Assembly (NCBI RefSeq): GCF_036321535.1
Contig: NC_087436.1
Location: 48,300,001-48,364,000, forward strand
DNA length: 64,000 nt
Origin: Camelus dromedarius
Lineage: Eukaryota
Direction of reading: 5' to 3'
Position 1 is the first letter of the stretch. Each line of letters starts with the position of its first letter. The translations under genes and the position numbers were made by a program. Of the stretch, positions 13,419 to 28,383 are shown piece after piece. The notes under the pieces were generated by a model. The model did not search any database, was not told where the DNA came from, and was given only the letters and a program-made list of their open reading frames with translations.

Positions 13419-15302
13419 TAAAAATTGAGAGAGGAAGATCTAAATTAATCTCTACCCTCCCCATAATTTGTTCCCAATCACATTAAGCCTTGATGTTGCA
13501 CCCCTGCCGTCGACCCCACTCGCTGGCCCAGCACCTGCTGCTTTGCCATCTCAGTCAGTTTTATCTGAACAAGCCATATCTCCTCAGATAAACTGTAAGC
13601 TACCCAAGCCCGGGAGAATGTTGTGTCTCTTCGTGGCTCAATGAGAAGAAGTCACCACTTTCAGTCTGATACATCTCCAAAGCTGTGTCTTTGTCTAGTA
13701 TTTTCACATTGTCCCGGGTACTGGCATTGCTTCCACTTTGGCTCATTTCCTTACACTTTCTAACTGGATTTTATAGTTTTGTCTCATCCTCCTTGGCCTG
13801 GCTTTACACATCTTCTAAATTAATGTTAAGAACATTTGGATTTAAAAAGAAGAGATTGTGGTGGAAGGAAATGTAGCTTTGGGTGGAGAATAGAGTATTT
13901 CAAACACTAAGTGGATAAATAAATTTAAAACATTTGTTTAAACTTGTTTTCCATTGTATTTATTTACTGTTACAAATCCTTTACTGAAGGAGTCTTAAAC
14001 ATAAACATATTTGAAATAAGAGGTTATTTTAAACATATGTGCAGGCATTATCCAAATCTATGCAGTAAGCCCTAGCCCCAGAATCAGCCAATTTCACTAA
14101 GTTTGGCAGGTTTCAAAACGGATTTTTATGATGGGGCCCAGTGGAATCACAAACTTCGTTGTATTTGACAGGTTTATCACTCAAGTCCCACACAAACCAA
14201 CCTCCAGTGACACAAAGATTGAAAGACACCCATCTCGATGACCGCAGGAAAGTCAAATGAAATTCAGGCAGAACATCTCCACTGTACATTCATATCTGCA
14301 ACCTGAACATACCATTTGTCATATGTCAAACTTCATACTGGCCATGATTTCATTTTGTTCTGCTGTTGCCAAATCAAAGTTATTACTTTTTAACTTGTTG
14401 GGTCCTTAACATGCCACAACTTATAATTGGGAAATATCTAGCTGACCACTATTCAGGCAGTAGAAACATAGAATAGAAAATCACAAGTGTTGAACAGAGA
14501 TTGTGTGAAATCTCAGCATCGTTTAAACCTAATTATACTTATGAGTTATAGATGGCTTCTAAACTGGTGAAAGCTTTATTTGTGATATTTAGAGTTTGCT
14601 TAGGACAAAATCAATATCTGATTAAGATTGAATTTGTAAAAGTCAACCTTATAAACTTACGCTATGGTAAACCACAGACCAAAGAAATTCACTAAATGAA
14701 GTCTCTCCATGTTTTTCAGATCAGAGCATGGGCGATACCCCATTGGGGCATTATGAGGGAGGGGTATATTGCTTTTTATTACCATACCCATAACTTTCAT
14801 GTTAGTATTAATATTAGTAAAAAGTCTAATCAGTGGATGAAAACAATTATAAACTAAAGAAAGGCTGTTCGTAACAGAGAAATAAAAGAATGAGACTATT
14901 TCTAAAAAGGGTAGGAACTTTCATTAGCCTCTTCATGGGCCAGTAGAACTAAATTGTTGGGAGGAGCGTCCCCTTAGAATTCCTTTTCCCTGTCTCTCCT
15001 TGTAGAACCCCCTACCTTTGCTTCCAACAGAAACTTGGGTCACCTCGTCTGTAAATCTTTACCTGATACTCTTGATGGAGGTGGATCCCACCCTCTCATG
15101 GCTCTCTCATTAGGGCTATACTTATCACAGTCTCCTGAGTGAAGTGTCTCTCCCCTGTTAAATTCCCAGCTCCTTGAGTGCAGAGACCATGATCTGCTAT
15201 CTTTAGATGCCCCCACCCGGGCGCCTGGCATAATGCCTCCTAAATGGGAGAGAGAAGAAATTGAAATGACTCCTATCAGTATGGGGTCCTCCTGCTCACA
15301 GT

Positions 15303-15318
15303 CCAGCAGATGGCAGCA
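15303..15318 (+). promoter_or_regulatory. Candidate CTCF binding site
   Basis: CCAGCAGATGGCAGCA closely matches the CTCF core consensus CCASYAGRKGGCRS in non-repeat sequence. Confidence 0.55.
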
Positions 15319-17339
15319 GTGCTGCCTTCAGCAGCGGCAGAGGATTTTCTCAACATCCTGGCCTCTGCTCATGAATAAAAGCACTGTTACTTTTCCCCCC
15401 TTCTCCTTCACCCATGGCTAAGCCATCATCAGCTCATGGACATTAACTCATAGCAGGGTGCAGGCCAACAATGTACGAGTCTCTGATTTGCAACTGTTTG
15501 TGTAATTACCTGAGAAACGGAGGTGGAAAATTTGAAATTTAATAATCCCCATTCCCGTCTTCCCACTAACACACACATTCTGAAACACATAGAATAATTG
15601 CTATTAACGTAACAGATCACACATTGTGATGAGTAAAGTGTGCTGCGGTTAAGGGGGCGGATATATCCTCTGTTCTTCCTGTCTCCAGCTCGGGAGGCTT
15701 TAGCTATAAACCATTCAGCCTTTCTTTCCACCTTGACTTTCCTCTCCCTATGGGAAGAAAATCAGTTGGTCTGATTTTTGGATGTGGGAGAAGTCACTAA
15801 GCAAGTTTTCTCAGCTTTTTCCTCTTTTTCTCTCTTTCTGGAGCCATCTATCCAAGAGTCCTGCCTTCAGGTCTGCTCCATATCATATGGTAAACATCCT
15901 GATCAATGAAGGAGGTCTGCCCTTATCATGCATTGCTTAGCCAGATGAGTGTGTCTCATAGTGGCAAAGTGTTAGGAAGGCTATTGGGGATACATATCTA
16001 AGTTCTTTCTTCAGACCAGACTTTAATTAGTAATAAAGCTGGCATTCTGATCTCCATCTACCTAATGCCTTAGTTTACCCCTATAAAGGAGAAGAGGGTA
16101 TTTAATTTGGGGCCCTCCAAACCCTGACAAATAGTATAGAAACTGCCTTACATTTTAAAGCTCAATAAAAAAATAAGAAATTTACCCTCAATTTTTTCAT
16201 ACCTGAATATTTTCTCTTGTTTTACAGCCAGGCACATCTGAACTAATATTTGTTGAGTTCTTACTTTCAATCATTAGTTGTTTCATCAAATGCTGACATT
16301 TAAAAATATTTTTAAAATAAGCCCTCAAAAACTATTCTGCTTTACTACAGACAATTGGCAGCAAAATCAGTGGACATAAACAACTAGTCTTTGCAACAAA
16401 ATAACTTACGTGGGCCTGACATCTCATGTGCCCTCTTTCTCCCTGAGCTGAGGAAATTTTCATTCCTTCCAAAAGTAGTCTACCATACTTTCAACATTTG
16501 GTTAACCAATTGGAACAAAACATGCTAATTTACCTCACTGAATAAAATGCTCAAAACCCTTTTGCTTTCTTGACTAGCCAAGTCTTATAGCTTTGTATAT
16601 GCTCTATTTCTTAATGAGGACTTGAGGAGCTAATTATTTCAAGGCCCTAGAGTAGTCTTCAATATTCTCAAAATAAACTTTGACATTTTTAGTGGCTAAT
16701 CATCTACAGCTGAAGGGAAAGTTCAGTAGCGTTAATGGGTTGGGCCAATTATGTATACATTTATATTGCAAAGCCAAAATTTCTTCCTTTTTATCCTATA
16801 ATTATCATAATCCCCAACCAATCTTAAATCATGATTCCAAACAGCAACATTCGTAGCCTCTTCACTCCTCTCTCAAAAATCACTTAAAACATAGCAAAAT
16901 TTATAAACGAAAAACATTCAGTTTACATTGTTTCCTTTTATCTCAATGGTCTTACTTTGCACCCTGATTCTTCTTTTTTATTTTTTTGAATCTTATATGC
17001 ATACAATTGGATTAACCACAATCTACTCTTTGGGATATATTCTCATCATTGACGTATCCATGTCTTGTTTTTATTTAGTTAGTTATTTTATTCATAATTT
17101 TAATAATGGGATAACTATCCATAATTCCACCACTTACAACAAAGATCCCTGTCCTCAAGGACATATTAAAGGATAATATTCTAATGTGGGCAGAGAAATT
17201 ACACAAAAAGTTTTATTTTGAAGCAAATATACTATTTTAAAATATAATACTATGAAACACACACACATATACACAGATACACACACGCACACACACACAC
17301 CACAAAGCAGCGTAGGATAAGGGAGATAGGAAATACCAA

Positions 17340-20210
17340 AGATGGAAGAGACAGGCTGTAATATTAAATAAGGTAGTCATGGTAGGCTTCAATTAGAAAG
17401 TGGGGTTTAATCAAAGACTTGAAGGAGATGAAAGTGTTAATTATGCAGCTCTCTGGGAGAACAAAGGAAAGATCTAAAGGTGGGAAAACCCCCGGCATAT
17501 CTGAAAAATAACAAGGGGCCAACTGTGATTGCAGGAGACCGCATAGGGGAGAGAGCAGTAGAAGTTAGAGAGGAAATGGAAGGCCCCAGCCTTATAGTCA
17601 TTGCACGGACTATAGTTTTTCCCTTGAGTAAAATGGGGAGCCACTTCAGGATTTTAAAGAGGGGATTGCCATGGGATGATTCAAGTTTTAAGAGACTCTA
17701 AGGAGATGAGAATAATGGGGAACCTGATCAGGGATTCTAGTGATTCAGTGGAGGGGTTGAGAAATGAGCAGATTCTGGGTGTATTCTGAAATTAGAGCTA
17801 ACAAGATTCCCTGAAAGATTAAATGTGGGATGTGAAAGAACAAAAATAGTCAAAGATGGCTTTCTAGTTGTCATAAGCAATGGTGGGGATAGAGTTGCTG
17901 GAACTGAGTTTAGTGAGGTAGGATTGTGGATGGCTGAGAAAGATCAGGAGTTCATTGTCTGACATTTTGAGTTTGAGTGGTATTGAACACCGAATGGAAA
18001 TCTTGATAAATGTTAAGTCTGGAAGACAGATGGTCCTAGAGGTGTGAATATGAGGGTGATTATCATAGAGAAGTTTTAATGCTATGAGTGTAGATAAAGA
18101 GGAGGGAGAGAAGAGAATAATCTAATATTCCAAACTAAGAAGTCAGGAAGAAGGAGAGAATCCAACCAAGGAGACTGAGAAGGAGCAACCAGTAAGATGG
18201 GAAGAAAACTGAAACACAGTGGCATTCTGGAAACTAAGTAGACAGTTCACTAAGGAAGAGCGAGTGATCAAATGTGCCAAATGATACTGACAGGTCAAGT
18301 AAGATGAGGACTGAGAATTGACCATCATATTTAAGATCAAGAAGGTCACTGGCGACCTTAAGAAGACTTGCAAGGGAGAAAGCCTGATTAGATTGAATTA
18401 AAAGAGAAAGGAGCAATTAGGCAAGGAAAAGAAATAAAAGGGATCCAAATTGGAAGAGAAGAGATAAAATTGTCATTATATGCAGATGACATGAAACTAT
18501 ATATAGAAAACCCTAGAAGCTCCACACAAAAACTACTAGAGCTGATAAAAGAATTCGGCAAGGTAGCAGCATACAAGATTAACATACAGAAATCAGTTGC
18601 ATTTCTTTACACTAACAATGAAATTGTAGGAAAAGAAAGTAAAGAAACAATCCCTTTTAAAATTGCATCCAAAACAATAAAATACTTAGGAATAAATCTG
18701 ACCAAGGAGGTGAAAGACTTATACACGGAGAACAACAAAACTTGATTAAGGAAATTAAAGATGACTTAAAGAAATGGAAAGATACCCCATGCTCTTGGAT
18801 TGGAAGAATCAATATTGTTAAAATGGCCATACTGCCCAAGGCAATCTACAGGTTTAATTCAATCTTTATCAAATTACCCAAGACATTTTTCACAGAACTA
18901 CAACAAATAACTCTAAAATTTCTATGGAATCACAAAACACCCAGAATTACCAAAGCAATAGTGAAGAAAAAGAATGAACTTGGAGGAATAACCCTCCCAG
19001 ACTTCAGATAGTAGTACAGAGCTACAGCTTGGTATTGGCAGAAACACAGACATGGCTCAATGGAACAGAATAGAGAGCCCAGAAATAAACCTACAGACCT
19101 ATGATCAATTAATCTTCAACAAAGGAGGCAAGAATATACAACGGAGAAAAGACAGTCTCTTCAGCAAGTGGTATTGGGAAAATTGGACAGCAGCATGTAA
19201 ATCAATGAAATTAGAACAGTCCCTCACACCATACACAAAAACAAACTCAAAATGGATTAAAGACTTAAGTATAAGAGAAGACATGATAAACCTCCTAGAA
19301 AAATACACAGGCAAAACATTCTCTGACATAAATCTTAGAAATTTTCTCCTAGGGTAGTCTACTCAGGCAATGGAAATAAAAGCAAAAATTAACAATTGGG
19401 ACCTAATTAAACTTATAAGCATTTGCACAGCAAAGGAAACCATAAGCAAAACAAAACAACAACCTACAGACTGGGAGAAAATATTCGCAAATGATGCTAC
19501 TGACAAAGGTTTAAAAGGTCCAACATGAATGGACTTAGAGATCATCATTCTAAATGAAGTAAGCCAGAAAGACAAAGAGAACTACCATATGATATAACTC
19601 ATATGTGGAATCTAAAAAATGAAAAAAGGAGGACACTGATGAACTTATGGACAAAACGGAAACACATATTAAACAATCTTATAGTTACTGGGGGAAAGGG
19701 GGTGGGAAGGGATAAATTTGGGAGTTTGAGATTTGTAAATGTTAGCCACTATATATAAAAATAGATTAAAAAATAATTTCTTCTGTACAGCACAGGGAAC
19801 TATATTCAATATCTTGTAATAACCTTTAATGAAAAAGAATATGAAATGAATATATGTATGTATATATATGACTCGGATATTGGCTATACACCAGAACTTG
19901 ACATATTGTAACTGACTATACTTCAATAAAATTTTTTTGATTAAAAATAATAAAAAGAAAGAGAAGGAAGAAGAATTGAAATCAGGGAGTAAAAATAACT
20001 CCTTTGCTCCAAAGGGGAGTCAAGAAATAGGCTGGTAGATGGAGTGGAAAATGGGTAAAGAGAAATATTTTTTAAATAAAAGAAAAACTGCATATTTATA
20101 TATTCATGAGAATAAGTCAGTAGAGAGGGAATATCCGATGATGAGAGAGGAAGAAGGGAATATCACTAGAACAATGTCCCTGAGTAGGCTACACAGAATA
20201 AGACTAGTAG
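17340..20210 (-). mobile_element. L2 LINE fossil (interrupted by the L1 at 18411-19957)
   Basis: Purine-rich antisense L2 text (gtcaaagatggct, aagatgaggactgagaattgaccat) continues on both sides of the L1. Confidence 0.7.
18411..19957 (+). mobile_element. 5'-truncated L1 with RT YADD motif and an internal deletion
   Basis: ORFs 18470-19357 are L1 ORF2 (SLYADDM, YADD at 18479-18490). Sequence jumps at ~19515 to near the ORF2 end. Candidate TSD aaagagaa at 18401-18408 and 19958-19965. Confidence 0.92.
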
Positions 20211-20555
20211 GTAAAGAATACAAGGTTGATAATGGATCTGAGTTTTTATGAGGGCAGTTGTGTAAAAGGGTCTTAGGAGGTGACGAGTAGGAGGAACAAA
20301 AAGGAAAATGGTAATCTGCAGAGCCTGTATGCAGTTTCCCTTAATTTTTCAAACACTATTTTTGTAAGTATAAACACTTTACCCCAAATTTAGTGTTTGG
20401 CAACTGATTGCCCAGTGTATGGATTAACCAAGACTTTCCACTCCATTGCTTACTCTAAGCTCCTAAAGATTGTCAAGGAAAGAAATGGAGATAAAACTCA
20501 CAATATATATCAATTTATAAAATATACTTAAGACTTTTCTGAAGACTTCACGTAC

Positions 20556-20612
20556 CTATGTTATTCACATTTTCCATTGCCACATTTTCAAGTTTCAGGT
20601 CTGAGTATAATT
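20556..20612 (-). CDS. Candidate 57-nt phase-1 exon (LYSDLKLENVAMENVNNI)
   Basis: cacatttctag | ... TAG | gtacgt. Only one frame is open. Confidence 0.3.
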
Positions 20613-21996
20613 CTAGAAATGTGCAACCCAAATTATAGTTTTAAAATAGGACAAATAGATTTGGTGGAAATCTGAGATTTGGGGCATAGCTAAAAAAGAA
20701 GAGAGTTCCAGTTATTAATTACAATAAACAAATGTGTCCATAATGACAGTGTTTACAGCAAGGAAGCACATTTCTTCTTGTGAAATTAACTGATTGACTG
20801 AAGACTTGTTGATCCAGTGGAATGGTATATGGACCTTAAAAGAAGTGTATCTGTATTGCTTGATGGGCAAATATTTCCAATACTTTTCTGGTGAAAAATG
20901 CTGGTGAAAAAAAAGGTCTAATATTATATCAATACAAAATTAGAGGAAAAGTCAGTTGACATTCCGAGAAGAAAATTCAACAAAATATAAAGGGCACCCT
21001 TGTAGTGGTGAGAATTTAAGTGATAATCTTATTCTCTACACTTTTCTATATTACTTAAATTGTTTCTAATATTATCTTTATAATTAGGAAAAAGTAAAAT
21101 AAAGCCATTATTATTTTGAACAATAAAAGGCAAGACTCAAGAAAATAACAAATTCATCACACAATTATGTAATGTTAATAAATAGTTCCAGCTATCATCA
21201 CAGAACACAGACTGCTCAGTTGTAACCTTAATCCCATCACTCTCTTGCTTATATGGCTTCAAGTAAATAAATAGGTCATTTTGTGACTATTGTCTCACTG
21301 CAAAAAAGATAAAGAGTGACTACACCAGGGTGTGGTGAATTAAGTAATTGGTTCCTGAAAGCAACTTTGGAAAAGTGATGTAAATTATTTTGAAGATTTT
21401 ATTTAATTCATAGATTGAAGTCTGTGCTTTTCCAAGAGGGAAAAAAAAAAAAAAAAAAAAATCAGAGCTCCAGAGACTTGCAGCACCAAAGCCAAACTCT
21501 GCCCTCAGTTGTGTATGTAATTAGCTGCATCTGCATAACTGAGGGCAGAATTTGGCACACAAAATTTGAAATAATCTGTAATTTTTTTAAATCTGGAAAA
21601 AATTTAAATGTTTGATAAAATAAATTATGATGTGACCCAGTTCAAATGGGCTTTGATGTGTTTAAGAAATGGTGTTTTCACTTACATGAGAAAATGCAAA
21701 ATTCATTTAGCCCAGTCTAGAACAGACAATTCTTGAGGATAAGAGGGAAGAAAATATCACCAGTGAACTTTTCCCAGGGTTACGAAGATTATGTGTATAT
21801 GATAAGTGAGTGTGGGCTCCCTTACTATTAATGAATGCGTCACACAACGAAAGAAAAGGAGAGGAGAGTAGAAGAGGAGAGGAGAGGCCCTGTGTGTGAA
21901 TAATCTTGAATTCCTGAGAGTATTCATGACTGAGGCTTTCACATGCATCTGGTATACTTTTATTATCTACAAATCCCCCTCTCCTGCACTCCCTAC

Positions 21997-22044
21997 TCGC
22001 TATTAGAGTGAGCTCTTCTGCAAACAGATCTTTCCCAAAGTCAT
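21997..22044 (-). CDS. Candidate 48-nt phase-1 exon (DFGKDLFAEELTLIA)
   Basis: cattttgtacttgatag | ... CGA | gtaggg. Frame-preserving and compatible with 20556-20612. Confidence 0.25.
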
Positions 22045-23104
22045 CTATCAAGTACAAAATGAGCCCAAGCAAAGCAAACTTTCTTCTCAGCTTTTGTTTC
22101 CACTTCAGTTTTCTTTTCACATGTCACCTGAAAGGGACCACCAATGTTTTGCTTCTAATAACTTCTAAAGCCAGTTTCAATTTTTTCATTTTAAAATGGA
22201 AATTGAAAAAAAGTTCCATACCTAAATCTTTATCATATTCTAAACTTTTTCTTTCAATGTCACATTTTAAATTCTGACATATCCTTCTTATCCCTGCCAT
22301 GTCACCAGGCAAGGGATCAGAAAAGAGAAATAACAAAAACCACAACTCCTCTCCCCCATTTCTGCCTTAAAAAAAAAAATAAGGTTAGCTGTGCAATGTG
22401 CATAATGTTCATTCTTCTGGCTGTGTGTGTGGAGCTATTTATCAACCCACAAAGTATGATCTGTTTCTCCTTTATGGTCCTTTCAACACACAAAAAATAT
22501 TGGCATTGCTTCTCCTTGCCCCCCAAGAGAGTCATCTGGATTATAACCACACTACCCATGGGATTAAACCACTTGTAAAGAAGTGGAGTCCTTTGCATTT
22601 GAATCTTGAAACTTTGAAAACAACCTTAAGCTATCCTCCTAAAAAGATTAAAAGGAGCATTTTTGTGTGCTTTTCAGGCATCTTTACAAATTCTTGTGAA
22701 AGGATAAATGTGACTGGTTTGCATTTTATATGTTCATTATTTTTCAAAATAGACTTGCCTATCACCATAGATATGGTTTTAAAATCAGAAGAGAAAAGCC
22801 AAAGCCATTTCTTTCTAAATGGCCTTTGTTTTCTCTACGCACCAAAGGCAAGATATTTCATAATTAAATATTAATATGGTCTCTACCCACTGCTTCAATA
22901 ATCAAAACTCATATAATTGGCCAGAGACCTGGTGCAGCCCATCTCCCCCACCCAGTAAATAAATTAACTTTCAGCTTAAATTTTTCAAGAAGCTGATCTA
23001 TTTTGTCAGAATCTAAATACTTGTTCACACTTTCAATCTAGAAATCCTCCCTCCTAACGTCAGCATGAGTTTTACCATCTTTGAAGGTAATTCCTAGTTT
23101 CATA

Positions 23105-23482
23105 GTATATTAGTTTACTAGAGATGCCACAACAAAATACTAGATTAAGTGGCTTAAACAATAGAAGTTAATTTTCTCATAGTTCTGGAGGCTGAAACTC
23201 CAAGAGCAAGATACCAGCAGGGTTGATTTCTCCCAAGGCCTTCTTAGCATGTACTCATCACATGGTTGTCCCTCTGTGTCTGAGTCCCTGGTCTCTCCTT
23301 CTCTTCTTATAAGTACACTAGTCATATTTGAATTTGGGCCTCACCCTTAGGGCCTCATTTTAACTTAATCACTTCCTTAATGACCTTATCTCCAAATACA
23401 GTTACATTCTGAGGTACTGGGGTCTGGGACTTTTAACATATGAATCAGGATTAGGGGTCGGACACAATTCAGCTCATAATTC
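23105..23482 (-). mobile_element. MaLR LTR (MLT1A/B-like)
   Basis: tattagttt...gtggcttaaacaatagaa...ttctcatagttctggaggct...cacaattcagc. Confidence 0.8.
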
Positions 23483-23744
23483 ATAATGTAACTTCCTTAT
23501 ATTAAAGTCACACCTACTCCATCCTATGAGTTGTGGCCAGGCAAACATTTGGTTAAGTATATCTTGAGGAATATTACATTTCAAAAATATGAAGGTTTTT
23601 ATTAACAGCACTTTTGAAATATTACTTTTCATCAATATATACATTTCTTGTTTTGAGCAGGGTATGAAATCAATAAATAGTTGATAAACTAAAAAGTAAT
23701 GAACTAACCAATGAAATATTAATTTAAGAGACTCTTAGATGTGT

Positions 23745-24410
23745 GCTGGTTGCCAAAGGAAATACTGTGTGATTAGAGGATTGGAACTTACATTCAGGCC
23801 CACCCCAAACCTCCAGAGAGGGGAATGAGGCTAGGATTCAGATTAATCACCAATAGCCAATGATATAATAAATCAGGCCTAAGTAATGGAACCTCCATAC
23901 AAAACTCTTAAGTAGAAAGCTTCCAGATTGGTGAATGCATCCATGTGCCAGGAGAGTAGTGTTCTCCAAACCCCACAGGGACAAAAGATCTTGCACTCAG
24001 GGCCCTTCCAGACCTTGCTCTATATACCTCTTCAACAGACTGCTCATCTGTATCCTTTATAATATCCTTTACAGTAAGCTAATAATAGAAAGTAAAGTAT
24101 CTCCCTAAGTTCTGTGAGCTATTATAGCAAACTAATCAAAAATAAGGAGGTGGAGCATGGGAACCTGCAATTTGTAGCCAAGCCAGATGGAAGTATGAGT
24201 AATCTGGAGACCCACTCCTTGTGACTGGCATCTGAGGTGGAAGGACAGTCTTGTGGCACTGAGCCCTTAACCTGTGGGGTTGGTAGTTAGTATCAGAATG
24301 AATTAAATTGTAGGATACCCAGCTAGTCTCCACAGACAATTTAAGAAGTTCTCATGGAAGACACACACATTTGGTGTCAGAAGTGTTCTGAGTAGAGAAA
24401 CAGTCTTCCT
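23745..24410 (+). mobile_element. ERV LTR (MER21-like)
   Basis: ctggttgcca...agttctgtgagc...ggcatctgaggtgg...ttggtgtcagaagtg. Confidence 0.65.
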
Positions 24411-24419
24411 TTAAAGATA

Positions 24420-24630
24420 AAGAACATAAGAACATGACTGATCTGGGTTCCAACCCAAGTGCCCACACATGCCAATTGGTGACCTTGAACAAGTTACTGA
24501 GGCTCTCTGAGCCTTGAGTTAATTAATTAATCAAGCAACCAATTAACTAAAATCTGTCTTCTTTGTAGGATCAATGTGAAGATTAAATGAAAAGTTCAAA
24601 TTAAAAAGGTTATACTTAGCATGTGTTCAA
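24420..24630 (+). mobile_element. MIR SINE
   Basis: tgaccttgaacaagttact...ctctctgagcct...tgtgaagattaaatga. Confidence 0.65.
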
Positions 24631-27600
24631 TAGATTCGAGGGCTATAGAACCAAGAAAAGGAAGGAAGGGAGGGAGGAAGAAAAGTGGAAAGGAAAAAAG
24701 GAAGAGATGGGGAAATAAGAAAATGGAAAGAAGGAAGGTTAAAATATTATATATATATTTATTCTTTAAGTTGATTAATGAAATATCATTCTCCCAATGC
24801 ATATGGTTTAAAAATTTGTCAAATTCTGCTTCTCTTTCCCATACCTTTCACATCCAGTCAAAAGCTAACTTCTGCCTCCAAAATATGTCCTTAATACATA
24901 TGATTTTTTCTATGCTGACTGCTTCAGTTCTGACTTTTATTGCTCTTCAGATGGATACCTAGTCTAATTTTCACCTGTTTTTCTTCCCTCACTCCTTCTC
25001 CCATTATTCCTATTCATGCCCCTAAACTTTCCTTCACACTGCTCATCTCTTTATCTTTTTAGTATCTAACCATATCAACTAAAAATTTCTCACAGTTCTT
25101 CATTGCATAGAATAGCAACTAACATTTATCTCCACCTTATTTTATCCAATTTTTTTTTCCATTAAAGCTCCCCAAAGCATCCTATGCTCCAGCCATAAAA
25201 GACTTGTTATTCACAAACCCACACTGCAGAAGTGGGCAACCACTCTGCCCACTTTTCTCACATCACCCCCTGCATCTCCTTCCTTATATTTGTCTACCAA
25301 AATTCTACCCACTTTTCTGATATGAGAATGATTGTTCATCCCAACTCTGTGTTCCTCTCCACATGCTGAATTGACTGAGTGTTCAGATACATGTTTAGTC
25401 AAATAGACATTAAGACACTGTGAAAATATTGGTTTTGTTATTGGTAATATTGAATTAAAGAATGCAGCTTAATCTATGACCAGAATTAGTTTTGGTTTTG
25501 TCTCTGTTTTTATTTCTCCCTAATCTACAGATCAGCACTACTCCTCCAAAGAAGAGCTGAGGTCTTCAGAGCAGAGACCCTTACCCCGAATCCCTCCCAG
25601 GTCCATTAGGTTCTGGGGCCGCAGAGATGTGAGCCTTCAGATATGGCTCTGGAATACAGGCCCCTGGTCTCGGGCCATGAACCAGGGGCATTTACCATAT
25701 GGAGAAGCCTGGCAAGGGGTGGGGGGAGGGAAGCACACTTCCTCAAAGCAGACAGATCTCAAAGAGGGGCATGTACTTTAGCCAAACAACTGCACTGACC
25801 ATCTTCTCAATTTCACCTATCAATTAAGTCAGTCTTCTTGAGGGAAGGGAGTGGGTAGGTAAGCAAATGGAAGAAAGGGTCAAGTTTCACTTTTCATTAG
25901 TTATGGAAGGATCAAAGTTTCTACTTCTTGAGTGTGTACAGGCAGGAACACTGGAAGAGGGAAAATGTGGTCCCATCTATGGCCTGCCTTTCAATGTTTA
26001 ACTTAAAAACCTTAAAATGGGCATAAAAACCAAACAGTACTTTTGTAGAAAAGTTGAAGTTTTAGCTAACCATAAAAACTGTATTAAAAATATGAATACT
26101 AAGACGAAATAATCAGGTAATAGACGGGAAAAAATGAAAAAAGTTGATTGGCCAGTATGAGAATACGAAAGAAAAAAATATATATGGGAACTTTGTTTTT
26201 TAAAATTATTAAGGCACATATGGACAAAAAATTAAATACAAAAGTTTATATATGTTTAAACATATTTGAATTTTCTTTTTTTTCTGTAGTGGGTAACATC
26301 ATAAGGCAGATTCGTGTTTTATTTAGTTGCATTGTTTGAATTTCCTGAAAGGAAAAGTAAAGACTGCTTGATATAAATAAAAAGATTTTGTACCTTTTCC
26401 CAACATACTATAAATGTGGGACTAAAAAAATCACTTTGGTTTTATTGCTGACAGTACTATAGTGTCGTGGTATAATTGTGGTTGGGAAAGAACTTAAGTA
26501 AGTATGTGAAAACAGGTACTTGAGTTTTTCTCACTTAAAAAATTTGAAATACACACACACAAACACACAAATACACATATCTCCTTACAGGGCTTAAATT
26601 TCTCATGCTCATTTTTTAAAGGAAATTTTTTTCTTAGAAAATCTAAAATGATTCCACTCAATCATTTGTGATTTATAAGAATATTTTTAAACTATGCTTT
26701 TTACATTAAAAGTAGATTTCATTTGTGTTTTTTGTTGTATTCAGATGAATCCAAACTATGCTTTTGAAAGAGAACTTTGAATTTGACACACATTAAAAGC
26801 CTCTTTGATATATTAGAGGACAATACACGTGGAATTATATAAATAGCCAAGTTGAAAAAGCTTCAAGGTTGTGTTTAAATTACCTCAAATATTGAATTTT
26901 CCATTAAGACTATAGTAAATCTCAAGGAAAATGAAGTATTCAAAGTTCTTGAAGTAGTGAACATGCAAGAGTCGTCACATTAAATCACTAAAGGACAACA
27001 CAAGTGAATTGAGATTCACTTACTCATTATTCAAAAACATACTTTGTGTCTATCGTGTGTCAAGCACAGTATATTTTTTTTCACAGGAATGATCAAAAAA
27101 TGATTAGAATTTCAGCTCTGACTGTGCTTACATTTAAGGGAAGAGAGAAGGATTATGAATAAGAGAAGCAAAATGCAAATTATGGCATTGTTAAGTGCTA
27201 TGAAGAAAGTATGAAGCAGGAAAGGGAATATTAAATATTTCAGGGGAGAGGGGATAACTACTATGCTAAAAATGTTTATCAGCTTTCAAAGATTAGTCCA
27301 GTGAATGGTCATTTTCAGGACTACAGTAGCCTTGATTCCAGAACAAAGGCTTTAGGGATATAAGTCAGACTAGGAGACGGTGAAAGGGAGCCCTGAGCCC
27401 AACACTGGTTCACACCTGTCAGATACCCTTCCTTCAGAAGAAGTACTGATTAGACTTATCAGAGATATAAGAACAAAGTAGGGTACCTCTGGGTACCAGC
27501 CTCTGAGGAGTCAGCTCTGTTCTACATTTTACAATTGACCAAACAGATCCCAGGGAGTTCAAAACAGATTCACCAAGTTTAGTTAGGGGCAGACTAAGTT

Positions 27601-27632
27601 CATACTGTAAGTACTATTTAAAGTGTGGTTCT

Positions 27633-28383
27633 CTAAAGGAAACCCCCCTACACTGTTGGTAGGAATGTAAATTGGTACAGCCACTATGGAAACAGTATGG
27701 AGGTTCCTTAAAATACTAAAAATAGAGTTATCATGTGATCCAGCAAATCACACTTCTGGGCATACATCTGGAGAAAACTCTAAATTCAAAAGATACATGC
27801 ACCCAATGTTCATATGTTCATAGCAGCACTATTTACAATAGCCAAGACATGGAAGCAACCTAAGTGTCCATCAACAGATGAATGGGTAAAGAAGATATGG
27901 TATATGGATACAATGGAATATTACTCAGCCATAAAAAAGAATGAAATGATGCCATTTGCAGCAACATGGATGGAACTTGAGAGTACCATACTAGTGAAGT
28001 AAGTCAGACAAAGACAAATATCATATGGTATCACTTATATGTGGAATATTTTTAAAAAATGATACAAATTAACTTATTTACAAACCAGAAATAGACTCAG
28101 AGACATAGAAAACAAACTTATGGTTACCAAAAGGGATAGAGGGGGAGGGATAAATTAGGAGTTGGGATTAGCAGGTACATACTACTATATATAAAATAGA
28201 TAAACAACAAGGTCCTACTGTATAGCACAGGGAAATATATTCAACATCTTAAAATATAATGGAAAAGAATCTTAAAAAGAATATATATATGTAAATATGT
28301 ATATATGAATCCCTTTGCTATACACCAGAAACTAACACATTGTAAATCAGCTATACTTCAATAAAGATAAAATTTTAAAAAAT
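27633..28383 (+). mobile_element. 5'-truncated L1 3' end, inserted in a degenerate hAT-like element (~27610-28658)
   Basis: ORF 27814-28002 is the ORF2 C-terminus. TSD agtgtggttct at 27622-27632 and 28384-28394. Host element ends agtttgagaagca. Confidence 0.88.
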
